A stretch of 64,000 nucleotides of DNA from Vicugna vicugna (taxonomy: Eukaryota): contig MU058206.1 of assembly GCA_013265495.1 (NCBI GenBank), forward strand, positions 498,001-562,000. The letters run 5' to 3'. Every line of letters starts with the position of its first letter. The first letter of the stretch is position 1. The notes beneath the pieces are model-generated. The model was given only the letters and a program-made list of their open reading frames with translations, had not been told where the DNA came from and made no database searches. This document shows, piece by piece, positions 49,850 through 64,000 of this stretch. Both the position numbers and the translations under genes were made by a program.

Positions 49850-50000
49850 GTTCAAGGCTAACAGCACTGCTGGGCTTTTTGAAATTTTTAAAAATTCAGA
49901 TTTCTGAATCCTTCCCCAAATTATGAAGCAGAATCTCAGAGGCTGTCCCCGGAACCTGCATTTTAACAATTTCCCATAGGGAACCTTTTGCACCCTTTAA
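49850..50000. mobile_element. MER5-like hAT DNA transposon fragment
   Basis: cagaatctc...ggaacctgcattttaacaa motif typical of MER5. Confidence 0.55.
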
Positions 50001-53000
50001 GGTGTGAAACCTTGGCCCAGTTTTTCTGGCCTTGTGGTGGAGGAAAGGGAAGGGAGAAAAGAGATGGTCCTTCTCTCTCAAGTGGCCATTCAGACCTGGC
50101 CTTTGCCTTCTGGAAGTCTGAAGAAGTGTCCTGTCACCTACCTCCCTGAACCCAAGCTGGAAAGCTGGGGGCAGAATCCCTGTCTTTATGCCTCTACTGG
50201 GCTTTCTTCCCTCTCAAACAGAAAGAAGTAATTTTGGAGGAAGAATTCTGGAGGCTTGGGGCCAGAATATCACCAGTGAGAGCTCTAGCTTGTGTCTCTG
50301 ACCTAAAGGATCCTGGCCACGGTGTGTAAGTGTGTGTAGGGAGGGAGGAGGAAGAGTGGTGGTGACCTACACATCTCCTGTCCTGGCAACCCAGAAAGCT
50401 GTTTTGATGCTCTCCCCAACCCCTACATGCACAACAAGGGGCCTGGGATTGTCCTCTATCCTTCCACAGCTGCCAGGGCCTCGGAGTGAAGGTCTACCCC
50501 CAGACCATGACAGGCCCAGACGCACTGCTTCACTCCACAGATCAAGAAAATGTTGAATATTGTGGACCCTAGGACCCAGAAAACAACTCAGGCACAAAGC
50601 CTCCCCCAACTCCCAGCTGCTTCCTGCATCTCAGGCCTTCCTGCGGCCTCTGCCTCCTCCCTCCCCCCGCCCTCTTCCCTTCCATCCTCTTCCTCTTCTT
50701 CCCAATTTTCCCACTCCGTCCCCCCCTTGCCTAGAAGGGCTGTCGAAAAGAAATCCTCTCACCTCCACTGTAGGGGTGTGCGTGGGTTTTGTGGGATATA
50801 AACTGGTTAGCACGTGCAAAAGAGTGTGGGGGATGGGGTGTGGGAAGCCGCCTGGGAACCCTGAATATTGGGACAAGGAGGGGCCAGGAACCACAGGACT
50901 GGGTCTTGAGGTTGGCAATCTTGAGGCTAAGGGAGAGGGACATTTGGGTTCTGGGCAGGAGCTTAGGGACTTGGATTTCCAAGCTCAAATCTGGGACTTG
51001 AACCCCTCCCCCAACAGCCCCCCCCCAGCCTCACTGTGGAAGTTGGGTGAGACAAGTCTCACCTAGTTAGGGGTTGGGAGGTTGAGCAGAGTGTCCTCAG
51101 AAGCTCTAGTGTGGATTGAGGGAGGGTGCAGGCCCCTGGGTGTTCTGCCCAGAATCTCCCACACCCTTCAGTGAGTCATCTTAACTGGTCCCAGCCCAAG
51201 GGGTCTGTGCCCACGCTTCAGGCCAGGTGAGGAAGCCAGCTTCTAAGGATGAGAGGAGCTGAGAACCAACTGTCAGGCCTAGAGACCCTACCCCTCAGCC
51301 ACCCCCACCCCCGACCCCCAAGAATGTCTCCAAGCAGCAGCTTGGAGTGAACTAGAATTACTGAGATGCTTGGGTTTCCCTTGTCCAGAGACTTCCAAGA
51401 GTGAAACCTCTTTTAAGTGCTTTGGGATGCAGGAGGGTCGGAGCCAGCCCAGAGCTTGGGTGACTGAGGCTAATGAGTGGGATCATTATTTCCAGGGCTC
51501 CTGGTTAGCTCCGTGACACCCCCAGCCAGGATTCCTGAAGAAGCTTTAATGGAGCAATGAGTGCTTTACCGTCACTCCTTCCCCTGGGGTCTGGCGCCAA
51601 GCCGGCTGGCCCGTGAGAGGCGTGGGGACTGGGGTGTTACCTCCTCCCCTCCGTCCAGTCCAGCCCTTGCTGAGGTGGCCTCCCACCTGCAAGGAGGGGG
51701 AGGAGGGTGGTTACTTGTGAGAGGGTTACACCCAAACTGATGAGTGTGAATCTAATTTTCATTCCTGAGGCTGTGATCCTCACCCTCCTAGCTCAGTGCC
51801 CTGGGGCAGTCTTTCTCTCTTCATTGTCCTTTGTAGAGTTGCCTGGTGTTTTTGAATGGTAGCTCCTTCCTTACCTTTGCCGTGGAATAGAGGGTAGAGT
51901 GGTCCCCACAGTTGGCCCGGGAGCCAGGCTGCCAGAATTCAAATCCTGGCTCCACCACTAGCTGTGTGACCTTGGACAAATCCATTTCCATAAACTGAGG
52001 AGAAAGTGGCTGGAACACAGAAGACAGGGTGTGTGCCTTTCCCAATTTTTGCTAAAAAGGCTGGAGGCTTCTACAGGGAGAGATAATCCACCCCCAGCCA
52101 TCTTCCTGATAAAGCCTCTCTCTGTTTTCCCACCTACCCCTAAATCTGATGAGGGCCCTCTGAGACTGTCCCTTAAGGCTTGCAAGTTTTAAATACCAGG
52201 TGTTAACTGCAAAGACGGGTGATGAAGGCAGAGAGAGACCTGATTTGTGATAAATCCCAAGCCCTCAGCGCCCTGGGCTCAGGCCCGGGCTGGGCGCCAA
52301 GGTTGGCTTCTCTTCCCAGCCCTGGGGCCTTGAGACTCAGCGTCTGAAGTGGTGTTTCCATGGCCAGGGTCATCTGAGCAGAGGCTGGCCTAGCTGAGCA
52401 GAGGCTGGCCTAAACCCTGCTCTTTGGCCGTTTTGTAGTGAGCCAGTGGTCCCTGCCCCAATCACTCTCCTTCATCTGGTCACCTGTGCCAGGGATTTGG
52501 GCTGATCCGAGGATGCTGGGAAGGCGTGCATGAGTGTACATGCTTACATATACAGAAGTACTCAAAGCCAGGATGTCAGTGTTGGAGGGCCTTCCCTGGC
52601 CTTTGGCTGACCCCTTCCCAGGGGGAATGAGGAGGCTGAGACAGTGGGAAGTGACTTACCCAGTTTGGGAGGAAAGAGACCAGGGTTCACAAGGTCTGAA
52701 TTGAATCTGAGCTCCACCCTTTTGCTGGGTGACCTTGGGCTAGTCATTTCTACTCCCTAAGCCTCAGTTATTTCAAATTGCTCAAACTTGAATGTCTGAG
52801 CGTGTCTCCTGACCATGGACGGTCCTGGGTGTCCCCACCTCTGTGGAACAGAGCAGAACATGGGTTTTGACGTTAGACCATCTTTGTTAGAATCTCCATC
52901 CTGCCTTTCCCAGTTAAGGGGCTTCAACAAATTTTCTTCATCTGTCAAATGGAGATAATAGACCAACTTCACAGCGCTGTGAGAATTAAGCGAGTTTTAA

Positions 53001-53530
53001 ATACATAAAGCGTTTAGAACAGCTGCTGGCACGAAGCAGGAGCTTGGTGAGCTGGCTGTTAATGATTACATGTATATCTTTAACACATGTGGGTATATCT
53101 TTAACACACGTGTGCATGCGAGGGGAGGTGTGGCTGAATTATGGGCACCAGTACTCGCCTCTCTTGCATCTCTATGTGTGTCTTGCTTGGACTTTTGGAC
53201 CTCTGGTTTCCTTTTAAGGTCCATTATATGAAATTCTGACACATAAGCACCCCCTGCCTGTAGCTCCACCAAATATTTTGGGAATGAAGGTGACCTTTCT
53301 TCTCTACCTCCCAAAGGGTTTTTCATTCCCTCCTCTTAGTGTCTCAAGTCCCCCATTGCCCCTGCAGGGAGAGAGGTCCCTTGGGGTCCTCCCATATCTG
53401 AGAGACTGCCTTGCCTGGATCCCTCTGCTCTGACCCCCTTTCTTTCATTCACCCTTCACCCTTCGCTCTAGTGCTAGTTGGAAAGTTCAAATACATCTTG
53501 GGGATTCAGGAGGGAGACCAAGAAAGAGTC

Positions 53531-53571
<41 letters not shown>

Positions 53572-54429
53572 GGAGGGCGGGGAATGGGCAGGACAGAGGA
53601 AAGATTTCTCCAAATCATCAGTTGCTTTAAAAGAAAGCCTATATTTAGCCAGGCTTGGAGGGCTTGTAAATATGTATTTTGCAAAGCAGACAGCCATAGC
53701 CATGGGAGCGCCAGGGAGGTCAAAGAAAAAAAAAAAACCGGAAGATTGGGCAATATAATTTTGTCATCAGCAGATTCGAAGAACTCTTTCTCCTGCCTGC
53801 TGCAGCTGCTATTATTACACATCCCTGTGTTTTGATGATGGTTTCTATTTTTCATCTGCTCTCTGGATCTGCAGTGGGTGCCCAAGGAAGAGACTGGCTG
53901 TCAGAGTCAGCTTCCTCCATCAGCCTTTGCCTCACCTTCCCGGGTCAGGGGAGAGAGCATCCTGGCCCTGGACGCTCCACCAGGCTTGGCCAGGCGGGCG
54001 TGCACCTGGCACAGGAGGAGCCTCTGCAAGGAAAGCCAGCTCCCTAGTCTCCCCTAGTCAACTCCATGCACTTCAGGTGGCCTTGGGGGTGAGAGCTGGG
54101 GTGACAAATCTTGCCATTTCTGGGCAGTTCTACTTTAAAGAACTCTTCTTTCAGGGGAAAAAAAAAAAAATATATATATATATACACTTTTTTTTTACTT
54201 TTAGTTTGAAAAGTTTCTTTAAAAATACAAAAAGTTCAGAGAATCACATAACAAAGAGAATTTACAAATGCTATCTATCATTCTGTCATGTTTGCTTCAG
54301 GTTTTTTTATGTAAAAGAAATAGAACAGGAGAGTTTGGAGTTGAAGCCCCTTTGTCTTTCTCTGCAGTCCCGCTGCCCGCCCTACCCACTCTCACCAACT
54401 GAGAATGCATGCTTTATAGCCCACAATTT

Positions 54430-57230
54430 TTAAATTACCATTTTTAACTGTTAAACACACATAACACAAAATTTCCTGTTTTGACCATTCAAAGTGTGCA
54501 GTTCGTTGACATTAAGTACATTCACACTGCTTTGCAAAACCATCGTGATTATCCATCTCTGCAACTGTTTCATCTTCCCAAACTGAAACCCTCTACCCAT
54601 TAAACAAAAACTCCTCATTCCTCCATACCCCCAGCCCCTGGCAACTACCATTCTACTTCCTGTCTCTATGAATTTCACCATTCTAGGTATGTCATATAAA
54701 TGGAAACATACCGTATTTGTCCTTTTGTGACTGGCTTATTTTGCTTAGCATAATGTCCTCAAGATTCATTCATGTTGTGGCATAGGTCAGAATGTCCTTC
54801 TCTTTTAAGACTAGCCCATAATTTCATATTTTCCTTACATACTTAAGTATTCATAAAGCAGCATATAGTAATGCTTTCTGTACTATTAAAATGTGTATAA
54901 TGACCATCCAACGGGTGGGTATCATTCTGTGACTTTTTTCACTTGATATGTTTTTCACAAATGGAGCCACACTGATACATACAGCTTTGGTTCATTCATC
55001 TAAACTTCTGTTTACTATTTCATCATGTGAATAAGCCACAGCTTATCAGTTCCTCTACTGACAGGCCTTTGAGTTGTTTTTGTTTTGCTGTTATAAGCAG
55101 GGCTGCAGTGAACACCCCTGTGCTTGTCTGAACCCATCTCTGCGGTGTACACCTCAGAGCAGGAAGCCACAGCTGCCTACTGGGCTGGCGCTGCCGGGCT
55201 GCTCTCTAGAGGACCCTGAACCACTTTACGCTCTTGCCACCAGCATTTGTACAAGATGTCCTGTCTAACCACATTCTTGCCAACATCTGCTTTTGTTAGA
55301 CTTTCTATTTTTGCCAGTCTGATGGGTGTGAAGTAGTATCTCGTTTGACTCTGCATTCCCTGCCTCTGAGATGGAACATCATATTTTGTTCATTGGCCAT
55401 CTGGGTTTCCTCCTTGTGAATTGCTTATGTCCATGTCCTTTGCTATCCATTGCAGCTGTTGATACAGAGAGCCCAACTAGAAGTGGTTAGGAATTTTATT
55501 ATCTCACATAACAAGGAGTTCTAGGTTTGGTTCATTCAGAGGCTCGACTGTGACACTGAGGAAGAGGTTCTTTCTATCTTTCCGTAACACCATCCTCATC
55601 ATGTTGACTTGCCTCCAAGACGGGCCCCCTCATGGCGCAAGATGGCTGCCTCAGCTCCGGGCAGCTCAGGCAGACAACAATGTCCAGAGACAGAAGAAAG
55701 TGGATGCTTTCTTCTCAGTGTCTTTTTCCTAAAGACCCCGCAGGAGAGCTCCCTTTTGGTCTCAGTGAACAGAATTGCATTTATGTCCACACCTAAAACA
55801 ATCATTGATTAGAGGAACCGTATTATCCTACTATATTTAAACCAATCACTGTTACCCCTTTGGGAATGGGGAAGGTCCAGCCTCACCCAAAGCCTTGATC
55901 CTTGATTACTCAATCAGGGTTCTAGTAACAAGGAGGAAGGGAAAGAATACCGTCTAGGGTGGCACTCAAAAGTTCTGTGCTTTTTTTTATTGACTTGTAG
56001 GACGTGTTTATATACCCTGTATACTAACCTTTTATCTGTTTCATGTGCTGCCAATATTGTCACACAGGCTGCTGCTTGTCTTTTAACTTCATTTGTAATG
56101 TCATTTTCATAGAAGAAAGCGATTTTTTTAATGTAGTAAAATAATTCAATCTTTTGTGACTTATGTCACTCATCTAAGAAAACGTTTCCTACCCTGACCT
56201 CTCCTATCTTTTCTTCTAAATGTTTTAAAATTTTGTTTTTTACTTTTAGGTCTTTAATCCAGCTGAAATTCATATTTGTGGCTGATGTGAAGATTGCTTA
56301 TACGAAGGGGGGAAGTGTAGCTCAGTCGTAGAGTGTGTGCCTAGCATGCACAAGGTCCTAGGTTCAATCCCCAGTACCTCCATTAAATAAATAAATAAAC
56401 CTAATTACCTCCTCCTCCCACCAAAAAAAAAAAAAAGATTGTTTATATGAGAAGTCAGTTGTCACAGCACTTTTTTTTTTGAATTGTCTCTTCTCGCTCA
56501 CTGAGTTGCAATGCCACTGCCATCATAAATCAAATTCCCACATATGCCTGGATCTGTTTCTGGGCACTTTATTCTATTGATCTCTTTGTCTAGCCGAGCA
56601 CCAAGACCACATTGTTTTAATTACTATCGCTTCCAAATAAGTCTTGGTATCTGTTAGGGGCTAATTCTTTTTCAGAATCGTCTGGTCTCTTATTAGTCCT
56701 CTGTTCTTCCACATGAATTTTAGAATCAGTTTGCCTAGCTCTCTGAAAAAATCCTGTTGGAATATTTAGTGCGCTTGCATAGAATTGATAGATTTTTATG
56801 GAGAGAATTGTCTTCGTGACACTGAGGCTTCTCATTCTTGATCTTAACACATCCCTCCATTTCTCAATTTATTCCTTTTATAGCCTATAGTTTTTATTGT
56901 TTTATAGCATATAGTTTTTCTTCACAAATATCTTTTAATAACTTTTCTAAGTTTTTTTCTGGGTTCTGTACAGTTTTCATTTTATTGTAAATCATTTCTT
57001 TTTAAAAAGATATTGCAGTTTCTAATAAATGATTGCTCACGTGTAGACATACGGTTGAATTTTGTATTTTCTTTAAATTTGGATGTTAAACTTTGCCCAA
57101 CAACCTCGCTGATCTCTCTTAATAACTCTGACAACATGCCTATGGGATTTTTGGGGCTTTCTATATAAGTACTCATACCATCCACAAAAAAAGTCAGTGA
57201 TTTTGTTTCTTTTCTTTTTCCTAATCCTCT
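54430..57230 (-). mobile_element. Cluster of old L1 fragments with an intervening LTR(MLT)-like piece and the nested SINE
   Basis: AT-rich block with an L1MA/MB-type 3' end (acattaagtacattcaca...ccattctacttcctgtctctatgaatt). Boundaries are approximate. Confidence 0.65.
56307..56436 (+). mobile_element. tRNA-derived SINE, camelid Vic-1-like, with target-site duplication
   Basis: A box tagctcagtcg, B box ggttcaatccc, (AAAT)n and poly-A tail; TSD aagattgcttatacga (56290-56305) / aagattgtttatatga (56435-56450). Confidence 0.85.
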
Positions 57231-57899
57231 GTCATTGAATGGTGGCTGCTGCATCTGACTTCTCCTGGCTCACAGGCTGTGCCACTGGGCTGGCCCTAGG
57301 CAGCTATTGCCTTGCACCGTCAGTTATAAATAAATAAAAGACCCCTTACTTTCTCTAGAGCTTTACAGTTTACAAAGCACTTTTACTTCCATTATCTCAT
57401 CGATGATGCTTATTGCCTCCACTTTACACAGAGGGAGTGTCTGGATAGGAAGGGCCCTGGGCTCCAAGTCCAGAGATGGAGCTGTGCAGAATACTGTGCT
57501 GTGGGACCTCTGACAGTCCCTCCCCTTCCCAGTTTCGCCTGTAAGCTGAAAAGTTTGGCCAGGGATGGTCTCTGACATTCTCAGACCCATGATGGATAGC
57601 TTTGGGCCCTAATGAGGCTCAAGGAACCCCTTTGAGGACTGAAGTTCACCAATAAAAAGAGAAGGAGGATTCTGGGTATACTTAGGTCCTCAGGCTGGTG
57701 CCCCCAAATGTCGTGGGGGTAGGGAAAGATGGAAATATCTTCGCAAGTCGGAGGGATGATACAGATGACAGGGAGGGTGGGGAAGACGGCACTGTGTCCA
57801 GCCCCCTGCCTCCATGCGGCTTCTCCTCCTTGTTTGGAAGAACATCCTCTGGACCCGGAACGGGAGGATGAGGCAGAGCTAGAGGCTGTGGGTCCCCTC

Positions 57900-58110
57900 C
57901 TCCGTCGCCTTCTCTACCGCTGCGCTCAGCAAGGACCTCTGACGCGTATCCCTGCCCTGGGCGGGGCGCTCTGGGGCCATCCGTACTGGTTACACGGCTC
58001 TGGCCCAATATTGCGCAGGCGCAAGTCCGGGCTGGAGCCGGCGAACGCGCCCTCTCGTGGCAGATTGACAGATCGCACCCTTTGTTGTAGGGCTGGGGGC
58101 GGCGAAGAGG
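57900..58110. promoter_or_regulatory. Intergenic CpG-rich promoter-like element (GC box, CCAAT, NRF1, CTCF)
   Basis: GGGCGGGG ~57959, CCAAT ~58005, TGCGCAGGCGCA 58012-58023, reverse-strand CCACGAGAGGGCGC 58047-58060. Confidence 0.6.
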
Positions 58111-58639
58111 ATGCAGGAGAAGGATGTGGGTGGAGTCTGGGAGGCAGATGCGACAATCAGATAAAAATGACGAGAATCTCTTTCCTTTGTCCCTCTTGAC
58201 GACATCTAATCCTCCGTTTTAGATGCAGATGAAGGAAATATGGCCCTTAGAGATCAAGAGACGGGTTCATAGAGATGGGAGTGGAATGAGCCAGAGTTGG
58301 GAAGATGATATATTAATCAATCATTCATTTATTCAGTAGACATTCATTGAGATGGGGAGAGACAAGGACAAAGAACTTAAAGTATTAAACTGAAACACTG
58401 ACGGGCCAAGATGAGGCAGAAACCTGGGGAGACAGGTGTGGATGGCAAAGCAGTAGGGACAGAGAACCAACTAGCTGAGGTCAGGGCTGGGGTAGCAGAA
58501 GTGAAGTAGAGGCATTAGAACCTGGACTGGGCTCGTAGAGACAAGGCTGAGAGAGACTGAGATGCAGAACTGACCCCCCTCTTCCCCCAGATGGATGCTC
58601 CAGCTGGGTAGGACCAAATCAGGACTTCAAGATGGGCTC

Positions 58640-59300
58640 CTATGACCACCTATGAAGTGGTCTTGCCAAAGAAAATGGAACCTACACCTGATATGGCTCT
58701 TGATCCAACTACAATTTATGAGAAATAACAATGTACAGCAAATACAATTTGCAAGAAGTACAGCACTCAGAGGAACATGTTAAAGAACACCATAGAGATG
58801 CCATCAGCAAAATCCAGACTGGAAAACTATACAGCAAATGACCTGGTTACCCCAAGGAAAGAGAGAGAGAGCGTTAGTTGGAGGAAGAATCTATAGATTT
58901 AAAGAGATTTCAAAAGGACCTATCAATTGCAATGTGTACATCTTATTTGGATCCTTATTCAAACAAATACACTGCAAAAAGAAATAAGACGTTTATGAGA
59001 AATTGGAAATTTGAACACTATAGCTCAGATATTAAGGAATTATTATTATTACCCTTAAGGTAAAATCATGTGATTGGGTATATTGATTGTGATTATGTTA
59101 AAAAAAAGTCATTATCTTTCATAGATTCACAATGAAATATTGAGGAAATTAACTGGGGGGGGTTGGGGAGGGGTGCAGATGAAACGAGACTGTGAGTTGA
59201 TCCTTGTTGAAGCTGGGTGACAGATATATGGAGGCGTATTGTATTATTTTGTATACTTTAGTTTTATCTTACATTTTCCAAAATAAGTTTTAAAAAATAC
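58640..59300 (+). mobile_element. Old L1 (L1MC-like) fragment
   Basis: Recognisable L1MC-type 3' sequence (ttgttgaagctgggtga...tattattttgtatactt). Boundaries are approximate. Confidence 0.55.
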
Positions 59301-61558
59301 CCGTGACCTCCCCCTCCCTATCCCCAGGCCTCAAGGAACAGAAGGTGCTGAGGGTTCCAGCAGCAGGTTGCAATCCAGACAGCTCGGAGGTGGGGCGGTC
59401 CTCTGGTGGACCTGAGGAGACGTTCAGGGGACTTCCGGTTCGCTCCTGGCAGAGTCCCTGGTTCTCCTGGTTTTGGGGAGGGGGAGACAGGTCAGTAAGG
59501 AAGGCTGGCCTCGGCAGGCCTGGTGGCCACTGGGTTTGGGCAATACTGAGGCTGCGGGTGCCAGTGGGTGGCTGTAAAAATAGCAGCCAGGAGAGGGAGG
59601 GGAGTCACATGGAACCAGGGAGGGGCTGAGGCCTGGCCAGCTGGCCAGGCTCTGGCACCTTGGCTTGCTCCCTCAGAGCCCTCTGACTATCCTCTACCTC
59701 AGACTCTTTCTTCCTCTTGCCCTCCACCTCTGAGAAGGCAGAAAGGTGCCAAGGTGACTCTGGGACATACCTCGCTCTGTCTGAGAGCCTGAGCGGCCAC
59801 TGACTCTGGAATCTGCTGGCTATCCAAGGACGGAAGGGATGGCCATATGGGGAGGGAGGAAGGGATGAGGATTGAGTAACCCGCCCACTGGTCACCCCAG
59901 TCTGCAGGCCAACCCCTTCCCCCTCAGGCCCATCCAGGGCAGGTCCCTGATGTCCCTGCCTGGGGCATTTGGTTGCGGGGGTGAGGTGGCAACCCCTTTT
60001 GTCTCAAGGCCCAGGAAGAATGCCTGCACAGGCACCAAGAGTTTTGGGACGCATGGTCCCCTGCCTCCTTCTCAGGACATCTGGGGAGAGTGCCCCCCTG
60101 CCTGCTCTGAATGGGAAGCCCAGGGAAAGAAGGATGCCCTGCCTCCTTCACACCTGGACTGAGATCCTTGGGCAGATGCGGGGAGGAGGGGGCAGTGGTG
60201 CTCCCCCTAACCCCCACCCTGACCCCCACCAGGACATTGGCGGGACCCTGGGTTGAATCAAGCACCATGCTAAGAGCTTGCCATGCATTCAGCTGTCTGT
60301 CGGGTGGCCTCAGGGAAGTTACACACCCTTTATGCCTCTTCTCATCTGGAAAATGGGGACAAAGATAATACCTGCTTCATGGAACTGCTGTAGGGATGGG
60401 ATGAGTTACTATATGTAAAACCTTCAGCATAATACCAAATGGGGCAGTTCCCCCGGGGCAGAGGCCGCTCATCTCTGCCCCTTCAGTGCCTGGGACATAG
60501 TAGATACTTTGTAAATATGTACTGGATTCATGATTTTGTGGATTCCTCGGGAAGACATCAAGAGGCCAGCATTATTTTCGCCCCTTTGTAGTTGTGGAAA
60601 CAGAGAGGCTGATGGATTTTTTTCAAGGCCACGTTCTCCAGTGAGGGGTCAAGGTGAGATTCACATCCAGGGCTGTAGGCCTGCAGGCCTGGGCCACCTC
60701 CTTTACTCCCCTGTCTTGACCTGGCTAGTCCCATCCAGGGCTCTCTCCCCAGACCAGGGGCAAGTGCTGGAGTGCCTGGTCTGAGGACTGGGCCGGGTGA
60801 ATGGGCACCCTCATGTGCTCTTAAGGAAGCCATCGCCTTGCCCCCTACAGCTGCTAGTTGCCGGGCCCTGTGGCAGGTCCAGGGATAAAAGGATGATAAG
60901 TTCCCAGTCCGCCCTGAAACACTGTGTGATTGGGCTGTGCACAGGGGCTTGAGGGGGTCCTGGCCTAGGGGAGGAAAGGAGGCCAGACAGGCTTCAGAGA
61001 GGAGAGGAGGCCTGCGCTAAGTCCTGAAAGGTGAATGGAAGTTTGCTGGCTGGGTGCAGGCTGGAAGGGAACTCCAGGCAGAGGGACCTGGTGTGTGGAC
61101 TCAGGAGAGAGTATTAGGTTGTGGGCAGCAGAGTGAGGCTGGGCAGAAGCCTGGGGTAGGGTGTGCGTGCGTGTGCGTGTGTATGGGGGGGTAGGTGAGG
61201 AGAGTAGAAGGGGGAGGGATTCTAGACCGGATGGCCCGGTACAGGAGGGGCCTGCAAGCCTTCAACAGGTGGGGAATTCAGGACAATGGGAGCCATTCGG
61301 GCTCTAAGAGGGGATCAAGGCAGTCAGGTTGGTGGTTGAGAGATAGACTCTGGCCCCCAGGAGGGGATGATTAGATGGACCTTGTCACACGAGGAGGGTG
61401 GCCACCCTAGATTTAGTGCCTGCTCTGGGTGGGGAGGGGGAGGGCCCCGCTGGCTGAAGCCAGCACAGCTGCTCTGGGACACCTTCCCATCCCTCCCTCC
61501 TCCCTGCCCCTGGCTCCTGTCTCTGTCACTCACAGGGCAGGGCCGGGCTGGGGCAGCC

Positions 61559-63649
<2,091 letters not shown>

Positions 63650-64000
63650 TAGGCATGCAACCCAGGAAGGCTTCCTGGAGGAGGAGAGGGCAGCTTGTCT
63701 TTTGTCTGGGTGGTTGGCATAGAACATGGGTCTCCCTAATTTCCAAGTGGGGCTTTACCCACATTTTTTCATGCTCACCATACCCATCTTCACTTCGCAG
63801 CATCATGACACTGTCTCCTTTCTTCTGGTCACCCTCTTATCTCTTGTCCTTCCTGGGCCCAAACCCTAGTTACCCTGAACTCTGCACTTCCTTGTGCCCA
63901 TGAGGACGTGAAATATCCATCCTTGTTCATTCCTGACGGGGACAAGGCCACCAGAAGACTGAAGTGCTCTGTGTACTCTCATCATTACCCCAGATCTCAG

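Noticed and set aside
56307..56385. tRNA gene-like sequence
   Set aside because: AT-rich and poly-A tail plus TSD identify it as a SINE; no proper cloverleaf

Overview
Mammalian genomic DNA, most likely a camelid (two tRNA-derived Vic-1-like SINEs), syntenic with human 17q21.33. It holds four spliced protein-coding genes, each reconstructed exon by exon with consistent reading phase. PDK2 (+) has exons 2-11 here; exon 1 lies upstream of the window. SAMD14 (-) has a complete 416-aa CDS, and PPP1R9B/spinophilin (-) a complete 819-aa CDS. SGCA (+) has exons 1-5 and runs off the right edge. The rest is MIR, L2, L1, MER5 and LTR fragments, microsatellites and CpG islands. The most notable observation is that PPP1R9B and SAMD14 lie in tandem and together are collinear with a full-length neurabin-1, suggesting a split neurabin gene with possible read-through. 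Other points: a back-to-back bidirectional poly(A) signal shared by PDK2 and SAMD14, start-stop uORFs, an orphan NRF1/CCAAT/CTCF promoter, a GC-AG intron in SGCA, and direct repeats flanking PPP1R9B exon 2. Comparisons with human proteins are from memory and need alignment to confirm.
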